Assembly: GCA_051047955.1 (NCBI GenBank) | Contig: JBPGPT010000032.1 | Location: 62,001 to 126,000, forward strand | Direction: 5' to 3' | Length of the DNA: 64,000 bases | Origin: Cystobasidiomycetes sp. EMM_F5 | Lineage: Eukaryota | Part shown: positions 24,401-38,292 of the stretch, one piece after another | Position numbering within the stretch: position 1 is the stretch's first letter | How the letters are laid out: each line of letters opens with the position of its first letter | Translations under genes and position numbers: made by a program | Notes under the pieces: model-generated | Database searches by the model: none | Told to the model about the DNA's origin: nothing | What the model saw: the letters and a program-made list of their open reading frames with translations, nothing else

Positions 24401-27400
24401 CTGTAGGTCCGTAACGATGGCACCGTTTTCAAAACAGCCCTATTGAAAGTACCATAAATTTGCTGGAGAGAGATTTTACCGGGGTAATCAACCATCACGA
24501 GTGGGGCATGCCGAAGGAAGCGGTGAGACAAAGCGACGCGTCCTGGATCTGTGGGAGGATTACATGCGCCGACGAATTGAATTCGTTCGATTGTGACCCA
24601 GGTTTTATCGCTCGTGCGCCAATAGCCCCCGTGCTCCACCATCTGTCGGAGAAACGAGATGACCCGTTGCGTGCCATATTTATCGCAAGACGGCAGGTTG
24701 ATTTCGTCACAGAAGAGAACAAGCCATTTTCCAACTTGAATTGGCGCGAGTACAAGTCCCCTGGGTGTCTTTCGGAATTCGCAATACTGCTCGAAGGTCT
24801 TCAACAAAAGTTCCGGAGTCGAAGCGCTCGAAAAGTTGAGTCCGACGACTTCCATGTCCGATAATTTCCTCAAAGCATTGAACAGAGTCATGGTTTTACC
24901 GCTTCCCGGTGGCCCACAGAGCAGTAACGGCTTATGTTCGGACAACCACGAGTACAAGATTTCCTCGTGTCGGACGGTGTCAATTGTCGGTATTACTATG
25001 TCTGGCGACAGCACGGCGTGCGTATCGATATCGATATTGGGTACGGCGGCTCGCCAGGGCACCCATTGACCGGACGGTAGAGTGACATCGTAATCTATCA
25101 GAGACTCATCGGCTGCCATTATTGGAAAGTCCACGTCACACCGCTCTGCGACAAATTTGCCCATTCTCGCCCTGAGCGACAGAGTTGCATCACCAGCAAA
25201 TGACCAGACGACAGCCAGGGCGAAGCGCGCCATGATGAATGTCTGTACGTCATTTTGCGGAAGCGGAAAATCAATATGACGCGCGTTATAGATCGTAATA
25301 GCCTTGATAGACTGGTTTACGAGAGAGAAAAGCGTATTCAGCGCTCTTGCGACGGTAAAGTCCATGATGTGGTCAAGCGTCCGAGCGTAGGACAGCGCTT
25401 GACAGACAAGGCCATCCGTCTCAAAGAACGGCGACAAAATGGCTGCGATGCGACTATGTATCGCACAGTCTTTTCCTGCGACATCGCCGACAAATGACTC
25501 GCTTTCGTCCGTTGGCGCCAGGTATCTACCACTCTCTAGCTGCTTTATGTATTGATGGCACATCATTGGTATAGTAACGATGTCGTCACTGAACCATACC
25601 ATTCCGCATCGACTAACGGTTGCGAGAGTGGCGTATTTCAGCGTATCAACCTCGAACATAATGCGCACATTGGACGGAAGCGTAAGCCGTTCGCCATTGG
25701 GTAGGGTCAGCAGTTTGTTATCGTCAAGCAGACTATACCAAATTGCTCATCAGCACCGCGGGCATACATCGCTGAGGACTCCTCACCTGTTCAAGTTCTC
25801 TACCCATTCGGGGTCAACATCTCCGTCGAACACAATCCAGTGCCGTTTGTTGGTTTCACCGCGAACATTGTCCACGATTTTTCGGAGGAGCCCGGTGAAT
25901 AGACCATCATTCCACTCTCTTGTAGTTGTATCGAGCACTCCGTACAAATCCTCTTTCGAAATTGCTTTGGGATCGATTGTGTGGAACACTCCTTCCACAC
26001 CTTCAAGCCGTTCCAACGCTTGCAGTAAAACGCGCCACGCTGTTGATTTGCCTGATGCTGCGGGACCAACCAGCATGAGACCGTGTTGAATCCTTTGTAT
26101 CTGGTAGGTTTGGACAAGTTTCTGTAGCCATTGGTCGTTGGCGCTCAGACAGCGCTCATTTGCAATGTTTGTGATATGTAAGGTCAGTTTCGTTAGGTTG
26201 GCTGGTATGTATTCGACGCCTGGGAAAACGTCGCGCAGAAGGCTTTCTACAAGTTCAGTTTGGAGTGTCATCTCGAACAGATTCACACTCACGATGCTAA
26301 GAGTTGTACATCGTCTCCAACGAGCTTCGGCGCGATCGTTTCCATGACGCTTTGAAGTAAGATTTCCGCTTCGATCATTGCCATCTGCGAGCTTGCAATA
26401 TCGGATGCTTGCAGACGGTGCCGCTTGAGAATACCCGCACTGACTAGAACGGATTTCAGTGCGCGCAACCCGAAATCATAATGTGGTTGCGATGACAATT
26501 GCTCTTGACATAGGTTGAATAACGGTACTACCTTGCTAGCCAGCGTTTCCGCTGCGCGAAAGCCCTGCGAGAAGAGCATCACTTGTGCTATGAGCTCCCT
26601 GTCCGGTCGGGTCATGGCGACACCTCGAAAAAGCTTCTTCAAGTTGTCAGGCAAGTTGGATCGTCCAGCGTATCCTGGATTCATAGCTTTTTTGTCTCCT
26701 TTTAGCTTTTCACCTTAGCTTATAAAAGTGAATGACTTACTTATGAAGATGCCTGTGTCGAGATTCACCTTGACCTGCCTTCCGACAAGCCCGATTTCGA
26801 TACTTGTGTCGATTGATGACTGTTTCAATCCAAATTGAATAGCTTGAATTTGCTGAGATACCGCCGACAACATGCGCTCTTCTAATCGGTTGAATTCATC
26901 CTGTCCGCGACTTGTATCAGCGTTGTGGCATAAAGAAAGAGAAGGAACACTTACGAAACAACCCCATGCACCGACCTGGCAAAGGCCCACAAATATACGA
27001 CCCATCGCTTGGAAGTCAAACGATTCATCACAGCAGAAGACTAGAACAAAGCGTCCGAGCTGGTTACCCAATGCCTTAACGGTCTCAGTCTTTCCTGTAC
27101 CCGCTGGCCCAAAGGGAGAGCCTCCCAGACGTTTAGCTAAAGCTTGCGTCAGCGTCAAGTAGCAGCGATCGGTCAATGGTGTCTGAACTAGACGATCATT
27201 CGCGCCCAGATATTCGAAACCATAGTGAAATATGGCATCGGCCATTTGTATCTTGACTCTGCGCAGCGGGTTGGAGATAGAAGTATCCAGATAGAATCGC
27301 ATGTTGCACAACCAGTCAAAGGACGTAATTGACTGAATCTTGGCATCAAGCATCGCCCGTAGGACATCCCGTTGATGTACCAGCTCCGTTATCATGTTTT

Positions 27401-30400
27401 CGCATTTGGAACGAAGTGAAGCCGACACGTCTTGCAGTACAGCATTTGCTAGCATGTTCAGAAGGGACAGCGTCAAATCCAGCCTTTCCGAAACGGATTC
27501 GCCCATGTTCAGAGTAGCTTCAACTGTAGACGTCCACCAGATCTGCATTGCTAGTACTGCAATCTGTGCTGGGTATTTATCCACCCAATTGAAGAAGGTT
27601 GATAATTCCGTGAGCTGTGGGCCTTCCGCCAGTGCGAGAAGGTCGCCGTGCGCCATCTGCAACAAGTGCAGCAAAGTCGAGCGCATCTCTGACTCGAGCT
27701 TTGCGAGCCAATCATTGATCTTTGGGATGTCGTTGAGATCGATTTGATCCACAAAGCGTACTTGCTCTCCCTCGGCAGACACCATGCCTTCGATGATGGG
27801 TGACGCGTCTGTCTCGCTCAGAATTAGGCTCGATAGTCCAGCAAACATTTTCTTTAGATGTTTCATAACGCGATGTATGTCTTTGCTGTTGCCAATAATT
27901 TCGAGCAGATCTTCATCTCCGACAAAGTAAAACCGCGGAAAGGAAGCGCGCTCGCGTTCGAGATACTCGCCCAATGCTTTCTGAATTTTGCTCAGCAGGT
28001 CTGCGAGGCGTTCGAGGCTCTTTTGCACGCCGGGAATAGATAGTACCTCAAGCACAAAGGGTGCCTTAAATACCTTCTTCATGATTGACATGAACTCGCT
28101 ATTGATATTGCTGAACCGCGAGCTTTCCATGGGCAGGAGGTGTTTGATATCAGCGCTTGCCGAAAATATGCCTCTGTACAGGGTCGATCAGCTCTGTACC
28201 GACACTGTCCACTTTGCCCGACGTACTCGAGATAGACCCATTGCCGCTGCACATCTACCCATACGTCAAACAGGACGTGTATCCGCGTCAGCCTGTCTTC
28301 CCACAATGCCGCCTCCTCGGCGAAAACTTTGTAGTATGGCGAATGCTTCATCGCTGTGAGTGAGTTGAGGCCCTCACTGCACTTGGCGAACAGTTCCTCC
28401 CATCCTTTTATGAGACGCGTCTTGTTTTGATAGTTGACCAAATCGAGACTGTAGCTAGTCCACAACTCCTTGACCTGCTTGATAAACTCTTCGAGGGCGA
28501 GTTCGCCTTGCGCTTGAGTGATCACTTCTTTGATAATGCCTTCGTTTTTCTTCAAATCAAAATCCCAGACTGCGCCCAAAAAAAGCGTCGACGGTGTATA
28601 TAAGCTGGATAATCTCAGTCTCTTGTACAACTGTCGCCAATGCCGCTCGCGCATAGCTTCAGATCTCAGCTCAATGATCAGCGAATTGGCCTTAAGCAGG
28701 GATTTCAACAGATCTTGCACAAATTCGAAAGCTGCGTACTGACGCATGCGTGAAGGCATCTCACGGGTCGATGCAAGCAGAGCATCCAGTTCTTGACGAA
28801 GCTTGCGCGGCTGGACTGTGGTCCAGCTTGCATCGCGAAGATTGTTGATTTGACTCCATATGCCAGAGAGGGCAGTCCAGACTGCTTTCAGATCGCGCAG
28901 CTCCTCCAACGCGGGTACAAGCCGCTCATCAGGATTTGCTTCTAGCTCTAACGCTTCTTTAGCTTTCGCTACCATGTCAGACTGCTGCTTGAGACCTCCG
29001 ATACGGGCATCAAATGCCGAGATAGACTGCATAGCAACATCATACTTGATGTCGCCTTGAATGGGTTTGTTCTGCTCCCATTCCGCAAGTACTTCTTCAA
29101 TTTTGCTACCAATGACTTTCTCCTCTGCTAAGATCTTGATTTGTAAGCCAGCTGCAGAAAAGCATCTTATTAGCATGGTCATTCTCAAACACACGGCCCT
29201 CCATGAGACTTACAGAACTGCTCTTGTATTGCACTGTTTTTCCGGCTGAGAATTTCAGAGAACGATGCCCACTCAACTTGGATCTGATCAGCAGATAGCC
29301 AGTCACTGGGGAACTGGTATCTTTGGCGTTCCAGGGTCTTCTGTCCATTCCCGTAAGTCTCCATATCTGACGCCCACCTGTTATACCATAGCGTCAGCGA
29401 TACCCTTGCTTCTCCCATCGAACGAACCTTGTGGCCTTCTTTTTGAGCTCTTGAACATATGTTATAAATGCAACGGTCTGAGCAGTGGACGAAGACTCTA
29501 CCGATTGATGCTCCAACTCAAACCTCGCCTTTGTGATGTCAACGTGCGAGTCTCGCATCGCGTTGCCAAGCTTGATGGCGAATCGGCTGAGAATGTCTTT
29601 CTGCCACGAGTCGTACTTTGCATTGACCTTGGCTTGTACTTGCTCGTATCGAATGACAGCTACGCCCATGTCATGATGCGATTCTGACGTATCAAACGTC
29701 GAGCGAGTTTTGCGGATCTCCAAGAGTAGCTGCTGCCAATCGGCGAGCGAGTCACCCAGGCGTCCATAAACATACTCTGCTTCCAGATCCCAGAGCGCCT
29801 GAAACTCAAGCCATTTGTTGACATATGTCGTTAGGTCGCTCAGTCGCTCCTCGATCACCGCAAACGGCTGCTTCAGCTCTGCTGCAGTCAGCTTGTGCAG
29901 CAGACCGAGACAACACAAGTCCTGTAAGGAAGGCTTCTTCATTTTGACACCGATCTCGTATCTCGAACTCTGTATGCGGGGCAGATTACACACAATGCCC
30001 AGCCACTGCTGTAGCTGCGCATACCACCCAGCGCGTGCGGCTTCGATTGGCGGATCGAGGTATATGGTCTGATTGATAATGCGTACTTCGTGCGTGGCGG
30101 GCTGGACTTTGAGTACCCAACGGGTCTGATGATGCTTCCTTGCATTCTTTGCATGGTCTATGCCGTTTGTGCCCAGCTTTTCTATGCGCTTACTGATGGG
30201 TTCAGATAGCCCACGCCCGCTCATCTGCATGTACCAATTCGAGATTGCATCCTGTAGTCGGACAAGTAATACTGCTCCGATACGTTCATCGACAGCTTGC
30301 ACCCATATATCGAGGTTCGCATAACCTTCCAGGTTGAGCTTGTCAACTGTGCTCTGTATCTTCTGAAGCAAAGCTTCGAACGCTGTAGCTTCGTATGCAC

Positions 30401-33400
30401 ACGACTCCAGCTCCTCGACGATGCGTCCAACTTCAGCATAGATGTCGATGGTGGCTTCTGTGCGGTCCTGAAACATGGATACGGCCGCTGCTAGCTCACG
30501 CACAAATGCAGCATACCTCCCTTCAGATCCAGCGACTGCAGGGTTTGCAGCAGGACCCAGGGAAGGTACGGTTTGTCGAGTGTCAAATACGTTTACAAAG
30601 TACTCCCACCGTAGCGACATGCCTTTAGCGAGGAGGGTCTGCACATCTCGACGATACTCTGCTACGAGGGTGGCGATTCCAGGGTTACTTGTCACGCGAT
30701 CGATGGTCTGGGTGTATGTCCGCACCGTCTCCATCAGAGAAAGGGCGTAGGGGTAGACTCGTTTAGCATCTTTTGCAACGTTGCTAATTGCGTGCGGAAC
30801 GCTAAAGCCTAGCCACAGTAGATTGCGGACTTCCTTGAACAGAGTGATGATTTGAGGATCAAAGTTGATACTAAGAATGAACGTAGCATCTGCGTCGTTA
30901 CCTGCATCAGCATCGCTATGATCGTCGACGCCGTTGGTCATGGGATAATTTCCATCGCTGAGGAGATGAGCCGGACGAGCCCGCGTAATCTCAAATACCC
31001 TGCCTGCGATTTGCATATCCCTGCGGTTAATCTCGCGCAACCAAGCTTCATAGATGGGTCGTGTATCGAGCTTCCGCTTGAAGCTGGCAGATTCGCTTGC
31101 GAGTTTGGCTCCTTCGGCGTACAGTTCCCATCCTCTGCCCAGAACGTCTTCGACGCGACGCATGTACGTGTTGAGCTGCCGCTCGATCTGCTTTGCCCAG
31201 ATGATAGCCCCGGCTATTGGCGAGATGTCTCTCAGTTGAGCCATGTGATACGCTTCCGAATTCTTGTACTGGACACGAAATGCGCGATGCAAATCTGCAA
31301 TGTCCTCCTTTACGCTGTCGATTAGCGTAGTCTGGTATTCTTGAATAGCACCGCGGATCTTTGGACGAACGAACAGAGCATTGAAGCGAGAAAAGACGCG
31401 AAACATTTCGCTGGCGTTACGAGCTGTGCCAAGACGGTCGCGAAGGCGTGCGATAATCTGATTCTCGACACGTGACACGCGCTCGTTGCTGTAACGAGTC
31501 GTCAGTCGTACAGCCACATAGAGGAAAGATGAAGAACACGCACTAGGCATTCTCTGCATTGACCCAGATCTGAGTACCCTCAGGTGATGTGTCAAGGACG
31601 TCGACGTTTTTTACCTGTTCGTAAGCCGATCTGACTTCCTCTTCCATGTCCAGTCCACCGAGCATGAGGTCGTTTGGGCGAGTTGCTGCCGATCCCGCAG
31701 TAATTGTTCCACTCTGAGCATTTCCAAATACGCCAACTCCCTTGGTCGGCGAGACCATTGCAACGAGTTGTTCATGATGTTTTCGGAATGTCCTCAAATA
31801 CTCGATCCTAGCCTGCAAGCCTTCTTTGACGTGGTATGCAGCAATCTTGATTGGCAGAAACTTCTCTGCTCGCTTTCGCGTCACTTCCCTCGCTACGTTT
31901 GTAAACTCCTTGATGAGATCCTCCCATGCGACAAAGATCTGTACTGCCGTGGATGTAACGTTGTCAAACTGCATGTAGGACGCGTACATTAGTTTTTGAG
32001 CGCGCATGATGCGGAGGATACCCTCTGCGAGATCCCGAGAGATGAGTTCGGCGAGTGGAAGAGCGCGACGAATAGGGTACGGGCTGACTTTGAGCTTCTT
32101 GTTGATGTGGTTGAAGACTGCGAGTAGTGCATCGTGCATGCGTTCGAGATCGGTAGCCGAGAGGAGATCGTTGAGCGGGAAATCCTTCATGAGCATATTG
32201 TACCGATAGACTTGGTCTGTCGCTTCTCTCAGCCCTGTGTCAGCGAGAAAGGAGACTGTAGCGTGGAATCGTTTGGCGTGCTTGAGTACGTCTAGAGCGA
32301 GCAAGACTGGATCAGACCGGAGTTGGCCTTCGATAGCTTCGAGTGACTTTTCCATCGATAGCCAGAAATTGATTTCCTGGGATGCTGTACCAGAGGTGAC
32401 GTCTCTGGACAGTTTTGTTATAGTCTGCACTTCTTTAATCCATCCATTCACTTCTGCTTGTAGCTTGTTGAGAAATGTAGAATCTGCAAGGAGGGAAGGA
32501 GGTTCTACATGCTCTGGAAGGGGTTTAGGCGCGTTGAGTGATTTGGAACGCCCTACAGCTCGCACGATGGCAGGATGGACAGCGAGGACAATTTCAGGAA
32601 TCTCTACATTCTGCTGCAAATGGAGCAAGGACAATTCCAATTCTGCAATCTTCTTCTTCGCAACGGGTATGGCCGTGTTGGCATTCTCTTCGTGAGTGTT
32701 GGTTGAAGTGATGTCGTTTGTCCCAGACAAGACGATGGCGTCGGAGGATGGTACGTCGCTTGGTTGAGCGTCGGTCGCGTCGGAGGTGAGTAACACTGCT
32801 GCCGATCTTCTCGACACGTACGCATCAAAGTAGGGCTGTACGGCGAGGTGTACGATAGAGTGGAGGGATTCATACGGGTTGGCGGATGTGGTTGTGGGAG
32901 TCTGTTCGCTGGGATGGTTGGACGGGGTGATGGATGGAGTGTCGATCGACACTGCCGGTCCAAAGAGGTTGACGACGTGTAGTTGATCCGAGAGGGGTCT
33001 GCTGAGTGGGTCGAGAATGGCACTCCGCTTGATGATGGCCACGGAAGCGATGTTGTTGGGATGCCATGTGAGGGTCGTCGTGAGGGTGTATGCGGGGCGG
33101 GGGAGGGTAGTCTGAGCGGGCAGAGTGTCTATGGGGGAAAAAGTAGTGGACTTGACAGTATCGTCGATAGCATTACCAGCTCGTATTGTCTGTGTCGCGC
33201 GTACTTTATTCACATACACGCACTGCAGAGCGGGGTCTGTGATGAATCTTGCCAATTCTTGATTGTGTGCATTTGATCTCGTGTAGGCATCGTCTGTGGT
33301 CGTGGCACTCACTCCAATCGCGTGCACACTCCCTCCTGTCGTGACACTCTGTCTATTTAATGACCTTCTCACGTCCCCCTCACTCGCACCCAGGAGTGCC

Positions 33401-33510
33401 TGCAGCACCGCGACGATATACTCGAGCACCGCATCGACAGCTGCAGACGAGGCTATGGGTGTATTTGCTGCATCACTGCTGCCTGTCATTGCAGCACTGT
33501 CGCTGTCCAT
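18452..33510 (-). CDS. DYN1: Cytoplasmic dynein 1 heavy chain (single, unsplit gene)
   Basis: Tail motifs [17 protein letters not shown] and RARFPRFYF-like [21 protein letters not shown]. Four P-loops: [43 protein letters not shown], the stalk/microtubule-binding region (EVRSMANPP), AAA5-6 and the C-terminal domain are all present. About 11 short introns. Confidence 0.98.
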
Positions 33511-33979
33511 AGTGACGCTGTGCGGCAGTTTTAAATGTCTTTAATTTGCTGTGCCGAGCCTTGTCCCCATGCCGGGTCAGGGATTTATTGTCAGTCTCGT
33601 CATGAATTCACAGTCATTGTACCCATGTATGGCTGTTTGAATGGCTGCTACACGCTACACGCTCTCCTACAGTGGCCAATTCTCGATCATTAATCCTTTG
33701 CAAAGAAAGAGCATCCCTACGCACCCCCTTGCACAGACTGAGAGAAGGAGAGAGACTCCCACCATGGACAGCACAACGACTACCACTGAATAATCTCCGA
33801 CAGAGGATACACCATATCGCCGACGTCGACAGAGGGTATACTGGCAGACACGGCAGAGCAGAGGATTGCAAGGGACGGGTAGTTGGGACGAGGGGAGAGA
33901 GAGAAGGGCAGGCAGCAGTGGAGGCAGCACAGTACAGCCATCACAACAGCGTGTCCGAGTATACGGATACTACTGCTCC
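33511..33979. promoter_or_regulatory. Probable bidirectional promoter between DYN1 and NOT4
   Basis: 469 bp separate two divergent ATGs. GA/CT-rich tracts lie at ~33740-33756 and ~33890-33908. Confidence 0.55.
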
Positions 33980-36900
33980 ATGGCCACGTCTACATCCATG
34001 TCGGCCTCTGCATCCACGTCGAGCCACATCGTCGACGAGGTGGGTGGTGACGAATGACTGTTGTAGCCCGTCATGGTGTGCTGATGGAATACTTCCTCCC
34101 CTCCCGCGCACCCAGGACGACGTAGACTGCCCGCTGTGCCTAGACACCCTCGACATTTCCGATCTAAACTTCAAGCCATGCCAGTGTGGATATCAGGTGA
34201 GTGGGCGAGTGTGGGTGGGTGTGAGTGGGTGTGAGTGGGTGTGCGAGTGTGCGAGTGTGCAAGTGTGGTGCGACTTTGAATGCGAGTCATCAATCCTCCC
34301 CTCTTCATTTCCACTCGCCTGCTACACACCCCTCGCACACTCCGAGACATGCCGTGAATGAGAGTCAAAGACATGGCTGACGGTCGAGTTCACTTCTCCA
34401 CTCATCCGCAAAATGGCATCCACATCTTCCTATCCTTTGATACAGATCTGCCGATTCTGCTGGCACCACATCAAGGAGAACCTGAATGGGAGGTGTCCGG
34501 CGTGCAGAAAGGTGTATGATGACAGCGAAGTCGAATTCAAGCCGATTCCCCCGGAAGAGGTGAAGCGGTTGCAGGCGGTCAGAAAGCAGAGGGAGAGGCA
34601 AAAGGCGCAGCGCAGTGACCGAAGCAAGGATAGCGAACGCAGTGAGCGTAACGAGCGAGGTGAGTGCAGCGAGCGAGTGACCGCGGCTTGAATGCCCGCA
34701 TTGACCAAGACTACCCTCGACCAGACTCTCGCAACGACTACCCTGCACGCGGAGACTCTCGCGAATACGCCTCCAACGACTATCCCACCTCATCCACTTC
34801 TACAACTTCCCACAAACGACCTCACTCCAACCTTCACACCTCGACATCCTACTCACACAGCTCGTCTACGACTCCCAATATTCGCGTCAAGCAGCGTGCC
34901 CAGGTGCACGTCCAAGGGATGACGACAAAGACTGCAAGTGAAGAAACGCTCTCCTACCTACGATCGTCTGAGCAGTTTGGCAAGTACGGTCGAATAGTCA
35001 AGCTCTTCTTTTCGCGTCGTGCTTCTACCCTCCCATCGGCCACTTCATCGTCGCACGTACCCGTCAACCTCTACATTACCTATTCCCAGCCGCACGAAGC
35101 CCAGGCTTGCATCAGTGCCGTAGATGGATCAGTTACGGCAGACGGTCACAAGCTGAAGGCGATCTGGGGAACGACGAGGTACTGTAATGCCTACCTCCGA
35201 GGACAGCGTTGCACAAACGACTCGTGCATGCTCGCGCACGAACAGGGCGACGAGATTGAAGTGCCAAATTATCATGCCACAAACGGTCATGCGTCACATT
35301 CAAGTAGTGCTCAGCATACGGCTGGCGAGAGACTGGCAGCTCAGGCGGCCAAAGATTCGGGATCGTCCAGAGAGGATGTCATCAATGCCAAGCATGCTTG
35401 GAAGGAGCAGCAGCAGCAGCAACAGACGAATGCTGTAAATGGACTTACCCCAAGTAGCGACGCAGTCACCAAAGAAGGCTTTCCTGCTCTCCCAGCCAGC
35501 GCAAGCTGGGCAAACAAGAATGCTCCAAACACTATCGTCTCGCCTACTGGGTTGGCACCTTTGACGGCAGGATCATCGGGACCAGGGTCATCGCATAGTC
35601 ACTCGTCTTCCATCTCGTCAAGACTACCGAAAGCACAGAATCATCCTCTACCACCTCGGCCACCCAGCAGGACGAGCGCACTGGCCGATCGACTAAACGG
35701 CGAGTCAGTTATCGGAAGACGACATTCTCCGTCGCCCTCTGTCTCTGCTCCGGCATCAAAGGCGACTTCTCAACCACCTCAGTCTTCGTCGACTCGTGCA
35801 CCGACTATTAGCAGCGAGGGAGATCTCCAAAAAGCCGACTCTGTCTCGGCTTCAGCGAATACTGATCAATTAGCAACCAGCGCACCACCATCACCGTCAG
35901 TCACCTCTGTCGATCCGTCCTTCCTGTCTGCAGCACCCGCTTTACCACCAGGACTCGGTATCGCAAGCAACCGTCCTCTCACGCCAGTTAGCGAGTTTGA
36001 GCGTACCTTGGGCACATTTGGCGACGGTTCCAGCTTTGCATTCAATCTCGCTGGAGTTTTGCCTGCTTCGTCGGAATTCTCAGAGCCAACTGCAGAAGCT
36101 AGGCAAAGTCTGGATGATACAGCCAATGACGAGTTGCTCGATACGTCGCTCTCGTCGTCTCGCTCCCGATCACAACGACAGAGCAGAAGCAATAGTGCAA
36201 CTACGACGACTGGAAACGATACAAACGCCGCATCACATTCTACACGTCCAAGTCGAGATGTCTCTCCAGATACTAGCGTCGTCAGCCTCGATCAGCTTGT
36301 CTCTCCCACTTCGTTTAGCGCGCACTCTCACTTTGGCCTAGGACGTGTGTCGTCAGAATTGGACGATTTGCTTGCGAATGGTCTGACTGCATCGGTGACA
36401 TCGACAAGTAGTCAGAACAATGCAAATGTTCTCGACCAGTCAGTCTATCATGGCATGTTCAATCCATTCTCAATGGTCGGCGCGGTCGATGGTGGAGCGG
36501 ATTTTGGCACAAGCCAGACTGGCCTCCAACCGCCGCCTGGATTCAGTCGACCAGGCACAACATCATCGGCTGTTGAAGATGGCTCATCAGGCAGTGGTTC
36601 ACTCAAACCTCCCCCGGGACTTGGCGTCGTTGGGAATCTTGACATTGACGGGACTAGCATCACCAATGCCCGCCACCGATCTCGCTTTGGCTTTGCACGA
36701 CCAGGCTCGGCAGAAAGGAGCGTATCGACTCCGACCGCAGTATCGAATGCTGCTCATGCTGCCGCCAATGCTGCCGCAGTAGCCGACTTGTTCAAAGGCA
36801 TGAATGGTATCTCGATTTTGCCCTCGACTGGAAATGGTAGAATCTCACCAGCTCGCTCACTGTCGGCGGCATCATCCAGCTCGGGCATTGTCGCTGCTTC

Positions 36901-38044
36901 ACCGGCATTTTCGTCTGCAGTCAACGGTGGCATCCCGCAAAGCTTCATAGCAAATTCAGCCTTGCCACCTCCGAGCGCTGCCAAGCTGCCCGAAAAGCAG
37001 GCTGTCAATGGCGCGAACGGACCCAGTACCGGTCGATCTCTGGCCGACCTCTTCCCAGGTCTCGATTTGGATGCATCGCTGTCGCAGACGAGTAGCACGA
37101 TTCCACCTGCACTGGCCAAATCTTTGGGCATCAATCTCGACAGTATCGACTTGACCGCCTCATCAGCTTCGCTCGAGTCAAAGATTGCCAATTTTACGCC
37201 AATGGTTATCGGATCAGGGAACGGCATTGCTAGTCAGCCACTGCCTCCTGCAAACAAGCCAGCATCACACGCTCCCGCGTCTTCTAGCTTACAGACGTCA
37301 TTGTCTTCTTCGTCCGGTCATTTGTCGACCTCTGGACCCTCAAGAGAGTCTAGTACAAGCAGCAGCAGCGGTAGTAGTGCTCATACGAGCACTCCACCTG
37401 GATTTGCTGCATCAAGGCAGAGTAAACAAGCGCAGGCTCTGGCTCAACAGGCCCATCAGGCTCATATGGCAGCGCAGCAGGCGGCCAGAGCGGCACAGGC
37501 CCAAGCTGCTGCCGCTGCCACAGCTTCCGCTAGCCAGGCCCAGAACTATCAGCAGCACGGCGGATACCACGGTCGACCACCTTCAGCAATGGGTGGAGAC
37601 AGTGCTCATTCGCTGTCCGGAAAGTCTCTTCCCCAAGGTGACGTTTTCGGTCAATTTATGGGAATGACTTCGCCGCCCATGGCACCCAATGCTGGAGCAG
37701 GCGCAGGTTACTCGGATTCTGCCGGGAGGTTCCAAGATCCGGCTATTGTCTCCTTCGCTGGTCTGAATGGCTATCCTGGTCATAACCCATATGCAGCGGC
37801 AGGCGGAATCGGAGGATACCCTCATCAGCACCACGGTCCGCCGCCAGGCATGGATGGCCAGAATGGGCTGCCTCCTCCGCCCGGAATGACTGGAGGCGTC
37901 GCTTCAGGTCCTGTATATTCGAGCTACCATCCTCTGCCCAGACCGTCTCAGCAAATCTACAACCCGTATCTGCCTGTCGGACCTGTCGGAATGGGTGGCA
38001 TGGGCATGTCGCAGCCTGGCGCCTTTGGAATGCTGCGCCGATGA
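33980..38044 (+). CDS. NOT4: CCR4-NOT E3 ubiquitin ligase subunit Not4 (C4C4 RING, RRM, CCCH zinc finger, long disordered tail)
   Basis: CPLCLDTLDISDLNFKPCQCGYQ|ICRFCWHHIKENLNGRCPACR; RRM (FGKYGRIVK, LYITY); GTTRYCNAYLRGQRCTNDSCMLAHE. Confidence 0.95.
34197..34270 (+). repeat. Degenerate GTGAGTGGGT/GTGCGAGT tandem repeat at the 5' end of NOT4 intron 2
   Basis: gtgagtgggcgagtgtgggtgggt-gtgagtgggt-gtgagtgggt-gtgcgagt-gtgcgagt-gtgcaagt is read directly from the sequence. Confidence 0.8.
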
Positions 38045-38292
38045 GAGAAGGGCGCCATCCAGACAGCTATGTAGTGCATAAGCGAAATTGAGAGCGTTGC
38101 CGACCGTTTCCCACACACTTTCCTGTATTTTTCTTAGCATTCTCATGTCCTTTTCCAATTCAGCTTTCTGGCTTTATTGAACATACGTATACATAACGCT
38201 TTGAACATTGAACACCGCACAACTTACCCCTTACGCGGCGGTTATAAGGGTTTATATTTCACATCCCACCGGCCATTTACACCAGACCAACC

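Noticed and set aside
18684..33544. Many 60-180 aa antisense and alternate-frame ORFs over dynein, and similar ones over NOT4, PUF and CWF19
   Set aside because: These are expected shadow ORFs of long coding exons, with no motifs or independent splice signals.
35407..35427. CAG repeat encoding poly-Q in NOT4
   Set aside because: It is a short, ordinary low-complexity tract in a disordered region.
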